Below, piece after piece: positions 43,601 to 57,305 of a stretch of DNA of 64,000 bases (position 1 is its first letter; each line of letters opens with the position of its first letter). The translations under genes and the position numbers were made by a program. This stretch comes from Catajapyx aquilonaris (Eukaryota), in assembly GCA_000934665.2 (NCBI GenBank), contig KZ538051.1, positions 1 through 64,000 of the forward strand, in the 5' to 3' direction. Under the pieces are notes generated by a model, which did no database searches, was not told the origin of the DNA, and was given only the letters and a program-made list of their open reading frames with translations.

Positions 43601-45284
43601 AGTTTTCCTGCGAGACTCCTGTGTCTTTCCTTTCAATTGTGCCATTTTGTAATGTGGAAGTTAGTAGACACTTCTGGTGCACAAACAGGATGTAATTCGC
43701 GAATAATGCAGTTGCGAATCTGTCATTTTGTAGAAAGTGTACAAGCTGTAGATAAAAAAGTAGCTATAGTTACTGCTAACTTACTTTTAGCATCAGTTGT
43801 TGGCACTGGTAAAAGTTAGCAGTAACTAGCAGTGAGACGAAAATATATCCCACCCTATATATCTCTACAAATGGTCATGAGGCTACATCAAATTCTGGCG
43901 GTTATTGCCAATTAGAGCGGTAATGAAAAAAAAACCCGGATTGCTCGGGCTATTAAACGAGTTTTTTTTTCTTCTCTGAGGGTCAAGGACAGCTGTATCA
44001 ATATTTTCACTGCCGAACGAGTAGATTGAGCCTGAATAATCAACAATTGCATTGGTGCCAGGGTTGATATTCGCACATTATTATGGCAAAAAATATTGCG
44101 ACTTCGATGATCATTTAAAATGACATAACAATCCCTCTCGATCTGTTTCCACTAACTCATAGCTTGAAAGAGAGTAAAAAGTTTGTAACAATCATTTTGC
44201 TTCACCGAGCGAGCTAAGTATTGGAAATCCGGAGTGTTCCTGGGACAAACAAACTGTACTGCAACAGCTGCAGACAGGGACCTAATAATTTATATAGGTT
44301 CCAGTCTGGGTTATACACTGTCGGACCGCCATACAGTACACCATCCAATTTAGGAAGACCTGACATACACAGAGAGATCAGGGTCACTTCAGAGATCGAT
44401 TTATAGAGACACATACGTCTGAAGATGCTTTTGAAAATAGTGAAGAGATTGCGCGAATTTTTGTGATGATCGATAATTGGGCAAGATATGGATTGTTTAA
44501 TAGAGTAGTTCATGAATTATACATGCTAGGCAAGTGACGATGATTGTAGTCATGATACGTGTTTCCTAAACTTTATTTGACATATAAATAGCAGTTGGAC
44601 AGTGCACAGTGTACAGTAGGGCTTTACGTTGCAAACCACCTCAAAAGGCAACAACGGCTTAATCAAACAGACAACTCAAAAAAGCCTGTGACGCGGAAAT
44701 TAAATAAAGCACACTTTCATAATCTACGCCGCAGCGTTTGCAAAAATCGAATTATACATGCCGCAAAAAAAAGCGCGCAAACCATTATATTTTCCAGGCC
44801 TTCTATTTTTTCCCCCCATTCCTTTTTAATTATGGACTTCAAACGTATGATATCACAAGGGAAGGGTTGCTCACAATGGAAGAATTTTACATGTCAATTA
44901 CACACGTCCTTTTTGCTCCCGAGAGGATCAGAAGATCGCCATGGGATATTTTCCACCCTTCAGTGTTTTGTGCCGTCTAATTACAGGCATTTTTATGTGC
45001 GGTACCTGGGTAAATTACCCGACATCACTTTTCCACTTGACCCGAACCGGAATGGCGATTAAAACCAATCTGCCCAGCGCTATTGGATTGACTGATTGCG
45101 TTATGCACTTGCGGAACATACCTTTTCATACACACCTGATTGGTGTCATTCCCAGAAGGTAACCACTCCGGATCCGGAGCTAATCAGAAAACTACTCTTG
45201 ACAATAAGTCACCGCAGCTGATGGAAAAGTGCTTGGCAGGTCAATTCAACGTTTGGCCCTCTCTCACTATGACATACTGTAGTA

Positions 45285-45550
45285 CAATGTGCCACTACCA
45301 GTTGGCGCATAGGCTCTCTGCACCAGCTCTGCACACTACTGCCGCTCTCAGGGGGCAAGTAGAATTACATGCACGTTGGTGATGAGTCACCGCGCGGACA
45401 AAGCCCACCAAGTGTCTCGCCTCTATTGGACCGCCATAGAGAGTGAATAACCTGTTGTGTCCTGCCATTATTGAACGGGGAAAGTAGCTACATGCACCTA
45501 GGTGTTGAGTCAACTTGTGTAGGGACAAAGTCACGCCTAGCCAATTCTAT
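45285..45550 (+). repeat. Longer copy of the dispersed family at 30160-30290, with two core modules
   Basis: CCACTACCAGTTGGCGCATA at ~45292; TACATGCACGTTGGTGATGAGTCACCGCGCGGACAAAG at ~45366; CTACATGCACCTAGGTG...GGACAAAGTCACGCCTAGCCAATTCTAT at ~45489-45550. Confidence 0.7.
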
Positions 45551-47099
45551 GTATGGTATTTCAGAGCAACATTCTTGTAATGTTCCAAGTATATCGCACA
45601 ATGTCCCTATAGGGGAGGTTGGCATTACCAGTGGCCTTATGGGAGTTGCAGACAGGGGTGTATACCTCCAGGTGTTGTGTGTGATAGAGGAGGGGTCGAC
45701 GAAGAAATGAGAGCTCCCCTAACATCGGCTTCAATTAGTGGCTTCGGGGACTGCCTAGTGTCAACAGTCGACGGTTGGAACTAGTGTCGGAGACCAATCT
45801 CTCTCTCACCCCCCTCCGGAGGAATCATTTTCAAGGGAACCCCCCTCTGACAAAACACATTTTCCTCTGGCAGGTCCTCCCCATTAAAGTGATACCGCTT
45901 CAGGTTTACCCATACCAGACTTTGTGAAATTTTATCTTGGAGAGAGTTCAGTGCATCCCATTGCAAGAGTACTGTTACTCTCTGAGGGACCTTCGAGGGT
46001 TGCATACAACTCAGGATACGTTTCCCACTAGGGGAAACGTTTGCAGAAGAAAGTTTTTGCCGTACAATCTCGAGAAGGTTATAATTTATTTTGTTAAAAC
46101 AAATTTGAAGTGAAAGAGTAATCATAATTAGTGCTACATTAATCTTTGGATTGCTTTGTAGCGTATAAATATGGGAATATTAAATTTAGTTTAGGCCTAA
46201 GAATGTCCAGTTATGTTAGTTGACATACATGTAAATTATAAGAACAAAATTAATGTGAATGAAATTTACACATACACCAGTTTTAATAAGTTACATCAGT
46301 TTTATAGTAATGGCTGTTAATGTTTAACTGATGCATAGCGTACAAAAATTATCAATTTCTCGATAACAATCACGAAAATTGATTTAAAATTCACACAGTT
46401 AAAATTAACATATTCTATGAATAATATTGAGTTTTGCGTTAAAATTATATTGGCAGTCTAACAATAATGGTGACGTTTCATGACTTTTCTAAACCCAACT
46501 TTGCAGTGTGTCCTCTTTTTTATTAACAATCCGTACGAGTACGGGTACGCGAAAAACACAAAGCGACTCATGCATTACAGAGCTGCATTTTATGCGAACC
46601 AGCCATGGCCACACACAATGCCCAGGAAACCCGAATAATACTACCTCAATTCCGTCAGTTTAGTGTCATATGAGCAGACCGATTGCACCTTACGTGAGCG
46701 GTTTATGCCGCCATTTTTCCCTCTAAAATACCAGCAGTTTGGATCTAAATGTTGGCAGTGAACCGTCCCTCTTCAACATGTCATATATTTTCATGGGCCT
46801 TTCGTAATACGTGCCCTTATGTGTCCCGTCGCGACCGTAGATCGTAGCTCGGACGCACTCAAATTACAGGGTGAGTCAGAACTAACCCCTATATACTGTG
46901 CGAGCTTTGAAAACATTCATAGTCGTCAACGGCATAAACAATCAGTTTTTCAACATATCTCACATCTACATTTTTGACTTGTATATAGGACCAACGAGTA
47001 CTTTATACTAGATGATTTTTTTACGAGCCCAACCGATTGCGCACGATAGTTCGCGCAGTGTGCACGGTTGGAATTATCAATGATAGGTAGTAAAGGTCT

Positions 47100-47162
47100 G
47101 ACAATGAGCTTCCAAATGAGCTTCCAAATGAGCTTCCAATGAGCTTCTGACAATGAGCTTCA
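47100..47162. repeat. 12-bp tandem repeat (AAATGAGCTTCC) x ~5
   Basis: ACAATGAGCTTCCAAATGAGCTTCCAAATGAGCTTCCAATGAGCTTCTGACAATGAGCTTC, directly after a MITE fragment. Confidence 0.9.
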
Positions 47163-47817
47163 ATTATTCATCTGATCCTGCCTGATTGGTGCTTTATGAA
47201 ACGGTATCATACGTCACTTTCCTTTCTGAAAACGGTTAGACTCTATAAGCTCTCTGCTTAATGGGCGTACTGAATTGTTTCCAACGCTACGCTGGGGGAG
47301 GGAAGCAAAATGGCCGACATTTGCGCCGTTGTCAGAACAATGGAGATGGGCGAATATGGGTGCGCACTAGGTTGCTCTCGTAAAATATTCATCTATAACG
47401 GAGTTTGATTAGTATAGTTATGTCTCACTGTGCATATGATATGGTGGACCATCTGGTTTTTAGCTCAAATACACTTTGTTTTGAGGTGTCTGTCACACCC
47501 TGTGAATTATGCCGGCGGGGATGGCCAGGTGATGTACCAGCATTCCCCCCATGCTGCTTTTAAAAACCGGGCTCTAATCCGATCCGGTCCCCGGATTATG
47601 AGGAATAAAGTGGATTGGTCGAGGGGCGACCGTGGCGGCAACGGAAGGAAACACAATTAAGAACCAATTTGGGACATCAACACGCCCATTAGTCAGGCCG
47701 AAGGCAGCCATCGATGTCAAGATGAAACTCATTTGCAGGATGAATGAGGTGCCGATCAGGTGAGATAGGGACGACGAGAGAGAGATCTAGTCAGCCACTG
47801 GGCTGCTCCGGATCAAG

Positions 47818-47962
47818 ATGCAGCACACTTTCGGTGCTTTCGGTGGCAGCAAACAAGGAAGCCAACAATCCACATCAGGTGTGATGTCCAGTCCTAGAAG
47901 ATACAGCCTCTTCTCACTGACCAAGATGCTGGGATCGCCCAGGATGCGGATCTCACTTCCTG
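47818..47962 (+). CDS. Candidate first coding exon (48 aa, phase 1) of an unidentified large gene
   Basis: CAAG ATG context; MQHTFGAFGGSKQGSQQSTSGVMSSPRRYSLFSLTKMLGSPRMRISLP followed by CTG|GTAAAC. No homology recognised. Confidence 0.35.
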
Positions 47963-49033
47963 GTAAACACGCTTATTTATTTGGAGGGAAATTATTAAGG
48001 ACGGCTATAGAAAAGCGTTCAGCTCGCATGCTTCTAGGCCTGCGGCGTACGGTGGTGGAGGCCATATTGTTAATCGCCTTGGCTTTCGAACAGCCTGGTT
48101 ATCAGAACACCTCACGACGTTACTAGAACAACTGTGAACAACCTGACAGTTTTTCCAACTGCGGGTATATGGGTGTGGAACAGGAGGGGAGGGAGCGATG
48201 TTGACTCTCCGGCCGTCAGCGTTCGAATGGATAGTTCCCCCTTCCGCCCACCAGAGGTGCTGCCTCCACATACTGCGCATGCGTAGAACACGGGCCAATA
48301 AGAAGCGTCGCGGCACTGCACAAACATGCCCACTACGATTTTAATATTATAGATAGGTGCGTCCTCATCGGTCCTAATGTGTCTCGAAATGCGAAGGACA
48401 AATCCGATGAACTTTTCCATCGACTGCCCCCGGAGTAATCAAAGAAACACCCGGAGAAAGAAGGTGAGGGTTCACCTCCTTCTCCGGATGAAGCCTTTGC
48501 TGCTTGTCAACACAGTGACCCTGAGAAGGATTAGGTTTCGGGTTTTTGATCAATCGGGAGTGGTGAAAATCCGGACCCAGTCGAGAAGAAGTCTATACGG
48601 TTTCCCATGGGTGGATGCTGCTGCGAAGTCTTCTTTCCTCTCTTTTTTTTATATATCTACGGTGCAAATTGCGCAACAGGGTTGGCCCCTGAGGCCATGA
48701 GCAGATCATCACGATGCAAGAGACGGGCTTGGATGCATCGCATTGAAGAATTTGACAACTTTTCCGGTCTATCCTCTCCACAAAGTCAGCTCTATCGATC
48801 ACCTGCCATATGACGCGGTCTATGCCACACAACAGGTGTACACATATTTTCCATGGCAGAAGCTCCAGTTGATGTGATATGCGGAGTTAAAGCAACATGA
48901 ATTTCTGGGCTATCAATTAAAGGGGGGGAGGTCATATTTAAATTAATTTAAAAATCATTTACCTGGCTGCCTTTCTGACATAGTTGTTTGTTTTCCAGCT
49001 TGTTTGTTTATTGACAATAATATTGCGAATGTA

Positions 49034-49173
49034 CTATGGGGTTCAAATTGTTTTGGCCAATTTATCCTGGTCTTGAAACAACCCTTCACACATGCCCCAC
49101 GGCGAGGAGGTGTGTGTGTGAAGGGTTGCTTCAAGACAAGGATAAAGTGGCCAAAACAATTTGATCCCCATAG
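49034..49173. mobile_element. Second copy of the 140-bp hairpin MITE
   Basis: GTA|CTATGGGGTTCAAATTGTTTTGGCCAATTTATCCTGGTCTTGAAACAACCCTTCACACA ... TGTGTGAAGGGTTGCTTCAAGACAAGGATAAAGTGGCCAAAACAATTTGATCCCCATAG|TAC. Confidence 0.88.
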
Positions 49174-50385
49174 TACCTTGTTCATACACTTACACGCCTT
49201 CCAGCGCATATGAGAGCATGTTTTATATACGTATTTATCCAGAAAAGTGACAGAGCACGTTGTCTTTCTGTACTATGAATCAGCATCTTACGAACTGCGC
49301 AGTATAGATGAATATTTAAAACAGTGCATGCAACATTTAAAGCCAGTTATTGCAATCAGGGAGCGATTTTTTCATCCGAATATTATACTTTGAAGTCTGA
49401 AATTCTGCGAAAACTTCGTTGGTTACAGCTCAAGGCCAATTTCTCTTTGGCTGTCTTTAAAGATTTCCTCGACAGTGCTATTTTACTTGGCTCTCCTTAG
49501 AAATGTCAAGGGTGTTCGGATCCAACGCAAGAATCAAAAACTGCATGAAACTTTTGAAAAAGTACTTCAAGACACAAGAAAATTTTGTCTGTACCTGGAG
49601 TCCATGGATATTATTTTTATGTTCATAGAAACAGATTTCTATTTATCCCCCCGAAATTTCCGGTACACCTTGTACTCTTTCCCCCGCAATGTATGGACAG
49701 GTGTGGTGAAAGGGGCGGACTGCGAAATTTCCCCTGCAAACTCCAAAAATATGCGAAATGCAAACAGCGGTGCGGTCCTAGAGTATATGCATGGATTATG
49801 CGGAACAGCATTCCCATGACATAATATTAAACCGGGAGTGGATGCTGGGAAAATAATTGTTCTTGCAAATCACATTGCGTAACAACCACTGCTGGCCTTT
49901 TGTGTGTACCAAGAACAACTAATGACGCAAAAGCCCCTATAGGAGAAAGTAATATTGAATGTATACAGAGTGATCCACAAGGTTTGCACCTATTTTGTAA
50001 AATCGGATGCGACAGGAAATGCGAAATTTTCGGAAGACCCTGTGTACATGGTTGTGCATCAAAACAGAAGATTGCTATTCCCAGGATCTGCAAACAAGAA
50101 ATGGAAGAAAATATGGGACCAGATAGCCCTGAGGCTAAGATTTGGGTGGGCGATTCATCCTTTGAAGTTTTGGCCCCAGACTCCGAGATGTACAGTATAA
50201 AAACCCGAATGTATAGTTGTACTTTCTGCTTTGTGATGAACCCAACGCTCTGAACCTGCACGTAATCTGTCGGCCCAAAGCCCTTCATACGCCCACACCT
50301 AAAATGCAGAGAGGGCTATGTTGGGTCGTTGAACCTGCTGCCCGGATTTTCCCGGATATGGTCTTCCTCCTCTGTGTATATATTA

Positions 50386-50575
50386 CAGGGTGTTTCATAA
50401 TAACTCCGGCGAAACTTCTGGAGTGAACACGAGGGAACCAGAGGATCGCTTGATGTAGAGACATCCATTGGCGTCTGAAACTTCCTTACCGAGATAACAT
50501 GCCAATGAGAAAAGTCTACTCGAATCACTCTCGCGTGATTTGCCAGTCTTTCTGTTTATATTATGAAACACCTTG
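50386..50575. mobile_element. Tc1/mariner-type MITE
   Basis: TA|CAGGGTGTTTCATAATA ... TATTATGAAACACCTTG. Internal CCAATGAGAAAAGTCTACTCGAATCAC also occurs at ~58360 and, inverted and partial, at ~26000. Confidence 0.7.
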
Positions 50576-51726
50576 TGTACAGGAAACTCCTCTGCCTAAT
50601 GAGTTGTCTACAAAAACTCAGGAAGGGTTTGATCCTCCATCTCCGCAACGTGACGGAGAATGCGGACCACGTAGTTCTGTTGTAAGAAGGTACAAGTCAA
50701 GGGCTTATCTTGTGACTTGTATAGGGACGTTCAACCTCAACAGGTGGCTTAAGCCATAGTCGTATAAGCCTGCAGTTGCGTGCTGGAATTATTTATAGCT
50801 GGGATGGATGTAGAACTTTTTCTCCAGAGTCATAGGAAGAAGCTATGGATTGCTAACTCCAGTTTAAAAATCAATTTTTATAACCATAGTGGTAATGGGG
50901 CTGATCTATATTCGCGTCACATGGATAAAAGATGACGCGACGACAAAAAAAAAATAGAGAGTCCAGCAGCACGCTTGGAAAAGCAAAGTTCATAACATGA
51001 TTTACTGAGAGCCTCTCGTGGTAATTAACTCTCGCTCCCAAAGAAGAATCGGTTTCTGTCAAGCTAAAACTAGACGTTAAAAAAAAGAAGGAAGATGCGC
51101 GCGCACATTTCATCTCGACTGCTGAAAACACCCGCGATTTCGGCCCAAATTGGAGCACTTAAATACACTCGGGAAGGGAATTCCTGTCTTATTGAGCGTT
51201 TCTACCACAAAAGAGGCGCGGGGACGGACTCTCATATAATCCTGAACCGCCCCCCCCCCCAAAAAAAAAAAAGCTTGACCCTTGACCCCTTCAGGAGGTC
51301 CATCTCAATAAGGCATCTCTCCCTTCCAACATTGTCGCCTCCAAACACTGGGGCTCCATCTCATTAAATTTCTACCTGCCCTGAAGGCTGCTTTGTGTTA
51401 TTTTACCTCATGACGTGAATTCTCCGGGAAATGAAGCCCGTAGAGTTTGCTGGATGGGAAAAGGTACTGTGCATATTCACATGCGTAGCTTCCATTATAG
51501 GTATCGAAAATGCTGTGAGTTCTGATGAACAGCGAAGTGTTATTATCTTCTGTCGTAATCCCATGGTTTGTGCAGCGATTCAGTCCGCATTGAATTGTTC
51601 TTGTCATTTTGTGTGAGCAGACTGAGATAACATACTTGTCGCATAGTGTTTTGGACAAACGTATAGGTGCGATAATCAAGTCATGCAAAGTAGAGGAAAA
51701 CTCGCCACACCTATTGTACAGTACTA

Positions 51727-52025
51727 CACTGTAAACCGCAAAACACTAAAAGAGCATCACTGGTGAGTCTCCCAATTTTTAATGCTCTTGAAATGCTCTG
51801 TTAACAGCTCTTGTAATGTTTTTGTTGCTTTTTAGTAACAAAGAGCATTACCAAAGCATTAAAAGCGCATCACTACTGAGTCTCTCATGGAGCATCAACT
51901 TTTAATGCTCTTCCTATGCTCTTGTAATGTGTTTGATGCTTTTTAGCAACAAAGAAGCATTACAAGAGCATTAAAAACGGTTTCATGCTATTTTAATGCT
52001 TCACTGTGCTTTGAGATTTACAGTG
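51727..52025. mobile_element. CACTA/EnSpm-like non-autonomous element with internal direct and inverted repeats
   Basis: Termini CACTGTAAA ... TTTACAGTG. The interior is built of repeated AAGAGCATTA / TAATGCTCTT motifs in both orientations. TSD not clean. Confidence 0.55.
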
Positions 52026-55000
52026 TGGTCCAAAAAGTCACATAACTGTAGTCACCTGACGCCATTTCTGAATGGAAATATTCAATCTTCAGATTTATTA
52101 TTATTATTATTATTAGTAAAATGAGCAACAGTAATGTCATGAAAATGGGCCTGTTTTTTTTTGTCTGTATACAGGAAGTTGGACTGTATTTTTTTTTTTC
52201 TCTGACGGATTTCGGGTAATCGATGAATTCAGTCATAATGAAATTCGCTGGGGCCTATCGAAGGATTTACTCTATCGTGGAAAATCGGTTTATCGAGTAA
52301 ATCGGCTTTCAGTTGAGAGCGGTTTGTCAAGGATGGAGGATGCGCCGTGCTTCTCTTTATATAAGGAGAAGAAGATTCTTGGGCTGTGCAGCGAAATCCA
52401 TAAAGTGGTCTAACCTAACCTGACCTCACATAAACTGTCCTAATCTTGCGCATCCTACAAACAGGTCTCGCGTTTGCTTTATGTAAACACTGTTTTTGGG
52501 AGATATCCGGGCCCGTTCAGACGGGCGAGAACCGATTTTGGCCAGTCTTGGACGTGTCAATTGCAACTTTTTTTTAAAGTAAACAATAATCAAAAGCAGC
52601 AGTTACTTACTTTTCGTTGAGTTGCTAGAGCCGTTACTTCAATTTTGTCCACTCTTGATAAAGCCATGAGAGACGCGTGGAACTGTAAAGGCGAGAGAAA
52701 ATTAACTTCTCAGACTTTGATTTAAAAAAATATGTGAATTTAGATTGAATTTCCTATAGAGAAAAATCAAGGTACGAGTTTTTATTGGATCACGCTCATA
52801 TATTCTCATCAGAAAACGCAATTTCTTTGGAGAGAACAAGTTTATGAATTTTATAGGCAGCATAATTTTCTGCCCGAGTTATACATATTTTGCGATCATT
52901 TTCCAACAAGATTTATAGGAAGTAGTAATAATTATTAGCTCTACAGCAGTTGGCTCAACCAATTATAATAATCCACTAACGTACAGTACTTCTGTAAATT
53001 ACTCTTTGTCGGGTCTATATTAAAAGCAATAGAAGCCCGATGAGCATAGGCCCCATAGATAATAAAATACCCTTTAATATTTATTATGACAGGCCCTACC
53101 TCTGAGTCTTAAATAAGCGCAATTCTTCCTGTACTCCTATACACCTAAGTACATACTCGTCACATCAAAGAGTTTAAGCTCTTTGCATATACAGGGTTCT
53201 CCACGGTGCAAGAGAGTGTGTATAACATGCAAAATGATACTCATGCAAGCGACGTAAAGAGAAGCAACAACAAACAGCTATTGTTGCTTCTCTTCCAATA
53301 GTTTCTGGAGTAAACAATCCGGCTCTTTTGAACCTGAAGTCCTGGTTATTACTGTAGAAGTGGACACTGCATTTTTTAAAAGCGAAATAACTATTCCGGA
53401 ATGCAAGCGAGAGGAAATAGCGAGGCTTCACCACCGATTGCCAGGGCAACCACATGCGCCCCACCTATTTCGTCTCCCGCCCCCCCTTTTGCCAATCCCT
53501 CCCCCACCCCTCTCCAGTTTCGCAATTCTGGTATGAAGGGGGGGGGGGGTTGCTTTTTATTGGAAGTGCAGGCCAGAGCAGCGGACATAGTGTGCGCGGC
53601 TCTGTGCAAAGGAACTTGCAAGGTGCGGTGCATTATTTCCGGTGAAATATTTTTTTTCTTTTGGGGCAATATAGTCCGCATCAAAGTGTCGATAAACGAT
53701 CGATCTCCAATTTGGCTGATTTGGGAACCACGGAATAGGCGGGGTCGGTAATTGCCTCGACAGGTGAACTACATTTTGTGCAAATTGAAATCTGTCTCCC
53801 CCGACCACCACCACCACCACGGCCCGCCTCTATTTTCACACCCAGACCAATAATGTTTCCACATGTTAACGTAATGCTCACTGATATTTAGGACTGATTT
53901 TGAACACATGGATGCAGCTATGGTGTTATCCGGAGAACACAGCAGGTTCGAGTTTATGTGTTTTCAAGCACTTTAATTTTTCCGGGGCCTGTAATTTGCT
54001 TTGTCTGGCGCAGACATAATGTCAACTAGTGTCAAATTACTGCAGGTGCTGCACACAGGCGACATAACGACGCAAGGCGTACTGTACAGTCACTTTCAGT
54101 ATAGAAATACAGTGTACTGCAGTCCACAACTTTAATAACAGGCTGTAGTATATATAGATGCATTGATAGCAACCAGATTTGCGAGTGAATTGCGACCAAA
54201 ATTAGCGCGCAATATCGGAAGTGGCGCTCATATTATAAGTTTTTAATCGACCAATTTTAGAACGGTAATAAACGGGCTGGCATAAAATTTTTGGACGAAT
54301 ATTGTTCCATAACACACCTCGTTATGATTCCAAATTGTCCGGCATGTACTTTGAGTACCGAGAGCAGGATACAATACATTCTGGTCAATTTTTTGTTCAG
54401 TTAAGTCCAAGTGAGATATTGCTTTTGTGCATTACGTTGCTGTATATTGAAAGTTGGCCTAATTAAATATGGATTTTGCGTGGTCTACTGTTAAAGAATA
54501 TATTTTATCCGAGCTTGCTATTTCAAGTAAAAACTACAAGCTGCAACAGTTTTATCAACTAAAATTACGGAAAATCTCTTATTATTCACTGTAATTATAT
54601 GCTGGCAAAACCAGACGCGTCACAAAAATGAAATATTCCGCAGTGCACCCCCCCCCCCAAAAAAAAAGGTAATAACCTGTGGTTATATTAGGTTTCTGGT
54701 TGTGACGCAACATTATTTAGCTGTAAATTAACATTGGCAAAACAACATTTCGTCTCGTACTTTTGGCATAGTTTGGCACACTTTTGACACAGTTTTTTTC
54801 GCTCGTTTAAAAAGGCTGTGGCAAAATCCGATTCTCAGAGAGTAGATTAACTATGCATATTGCCCCCGACCCTCTCACGTCAAAAGGATAGGTCCAAGGC
54901 ACCACATAATCCGGATCATTCCCTGCAAACCGCCCGGAAAACTATGACGTCAGTCCTTTTGATTGGCCCTCCCCACCAAGCGCAACAGGCTGCATAAAAA

Positions 55001-56494
55001 AAAGAAGACCCGCGAAATTCACACCTTCATAACTGACCTTGTCCTCTGCTTCCACCTTCCTTTTTTTGCAAAGTCAATCTTCCTTCTCCTGAATTTGGCA
55101 AACGTCACCCATCGGAAGGGGGCCTTTGCGCAGAGGAAGTCTAATGCGCGTCTATTATCGACTCCAGTGGCAGCTGGGACAGGGCTTAAAAGCCCTCTGC
55201 TCTTCTAACCACTCTCCAGTAGATTCAGGTCAGTTGCATTGTTGCGAAGGTGTCCATCAGGTGATTATTCATTTTCCTTGCACAAACCTATATGTGAAGA
55301 GAGTAAGGACAAGTGAGAGGATTCAGCTAATATTTGTTTTTTTGTTGTGCGAAATAATCTGAGCAGTGTTAACGAGCCCTGTTTTTAAATTATTCCGTGT
55401 GTTCGTGGTTGCCTCTTTCCTTTTTGTTCAAGAGTGCATAGATATCATTATTTCAAGAGTTGTTGAATCCATTTATGAGCTCTTGCAGACGGGGGAACTA
55501 GAATTTCCGCCGTCGTTTTGCAACCAGCAATTATTCAATGAGCTTCTGAGCCAAACCGTGTGTAATTATAATTCTATAGTCTGCGCTAAATTATATAGTC
55601 GCGAAGTCGTCATTGTTGCAGCAACAATGAGGAAATCCGGTTAACACGTGTCCCAGAGAGTCTGTAATGAAGTAGCAGATTGTTGAAAAAAAAATGTGCA
55701 CATGCCGTGGACTAAACAAATTATTTGTCGTAAGTACAGTACGACAAACCAGAATAATGTTCATGAAGGCCAGTAGATAATAAGCTGTGGATTGTTATCC
55801 CCAGCAACCAGGCTGTGGACTGGTGTAGTTGAAAAGCCACATACGGATTTAATTGTCAGAAATTAATTACTTCTGGCCATTTAAAAAAATAAAGCGCCAA
55901 TTGCGACCATTTCGTTTTTAGTGTGCTAATAATTCTGACAACTTATTTCGCCAAATTGTAGCAACGCGGTTTCTGCGGTTTGTCCGTTATAACATTGCTA
56001 AATAATATAATTGGATTACTTCACGTGATTTTTTCCCCTCTCCATACCTATTAAAACAGAGTGCTCATAAATGTTATAAGTTTCGCAGTTTATGGATGAG
56101 AACCCCTTCAAATTATACAGGATTACACAACAACTCGCGAAATAATTTTCGCAATTTGTAGTCTAAAATAAGGTTGTCAAAATGTCAACTGGGAATGTCC
56201 TATAATTATAGACGAGCCTCTTTAAACAGTGCAGGCGGTGTACTAAAATGAGAGCGTCTGAGAGTCGGCGGTTAACCACCCCTTGACAAGTTGCGGAGGA
56301 ATATTCAGTTACTATAGCATCCATGCAGTATAATGTTGAAAAATTCGCAACAAATGATGGAAATAATAAATAAATCAATAATCGATAGAATTAAAGGAAA
56401 TATGAAACAAATTGCACTAAAATAAATCAACAACCAATTTAAAATTCGGTACAATAGAAGAATTCTGCATTTAAATAAAATCCCGTCAATATGG

Positions 56495-56668
56495 GGCGAG
56501 ATTGTGCCAGCGCATTTTTTTTGGACAACAGTGAGCCCCACCGCTAATTTTACTCGTCATTGTCAATAACCTTGTGACCATCCCTCAATATATAGTAAAA
56601 CATGCCTACATTCGCTTGCTGCCAGTAGGGCCCACTGTTGTCCAAAAATATGCTGGCACAATCTCACC
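56495..56668. repeat. Inverted-repeat element lying between two copies of a ~55-bp direct repeat
   Basis: GAGATTGTGCCAGCGCATTTTTTTGGACAACAGTGAGCCC / GGGCCCACTGTTGTCCAAAAATATGCTGGCACAATCTC. The flanking AAATAAATCAACAA..AATTTAAAATT.GGT.CAATAGA.GAAT.CTGCAT occurs at ~56420 and ~56702. Confidence 0.7.
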
Positions 56669-57066
56669 ACGTTTGGTAGCACGTGAAACAAAATTGTACT
56701 CAAATAAATCAACAATAAATTTAAAATTAGGTGCAATAGACGAATACTGCATCAATTAAATAATTCTTGAAATAAATATGATCTGAATGATATACAGTAC
56801 TGCAAAAAATAACTTGGGTAATTGTTCTTCGCTTGGTGTAATAAATCACAATGACATACATGTGTCATTCAACGGTGCAACAGGTTCGTACTGTTGTGAG
56901 AAGGAAAAAAAAAAACCCCGACGCCTCCCTATACAGTATGCTCCTATTGTCCTGTACAGTGCAGCAACAAGTAGGCATTCCCAACATTCAATAGCAAAAG
57001 AATAAAATAAAAAAATAAGTAAACCAAAATAATATCTCAGCTTCAAATGTGTGATTCCCACCATGT

Positions 57067-57305
57067 GGTACTATATCATACCAATTCGCCCGATGCACAT
57101 TCGCCCGACGAATATAATCGCCCAATGAACATTCGCCCCGATGCAAACTAGCCCACAATCCATATCTGTCGTACCGCCGTACCGGGTACGCTATGTATCA
57201 GGTATCGGTTCCTCACGTCGGGCGAATATATTCGTCAGGCGATTGTGCATCGGGCGAATATATTCGTCGGGCGATTGTGCACCGGGCGATCTGTGTGACG
57301 GAACC
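57067..57305. mobile_element. Foldback/Mutator-like element with ~15-bp subterminal tandem repeats
   Basis: The left arm repeats ATTCGCCCGA(TGCAC/CGAAT); the right arm repeats the complement (TCGGGCGAAT/TCGGGCGATT). GG..CC ends; degenerate ~9-bp flanks CCACCATGT / CCACCTAATGT. Confidence 0.6.

Noticed and set aside
43283..43819. 178-aa ORF (and the 155-aa ORF at 44595-45062, 153-aa ORF at 49827-50288)
   Set aside because: No recognisable domains, coding-like composition or supporting splice structure (the first also spans homopolymer runs and an N); probably chance ORFs.
45560..45725. Minus-strand peptide MLGELSFLRRPLLY... as an RNA-virus RdRp motif
   Set aside because: The similarity is a few residues only, with no GDD or other polymerase motifs nearby.
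57083..57295. CRISPR or iteron-like short repeats
   Set aside because: Repeats are contiguous and inverted between the two halves, which is a foldback transposon structure.
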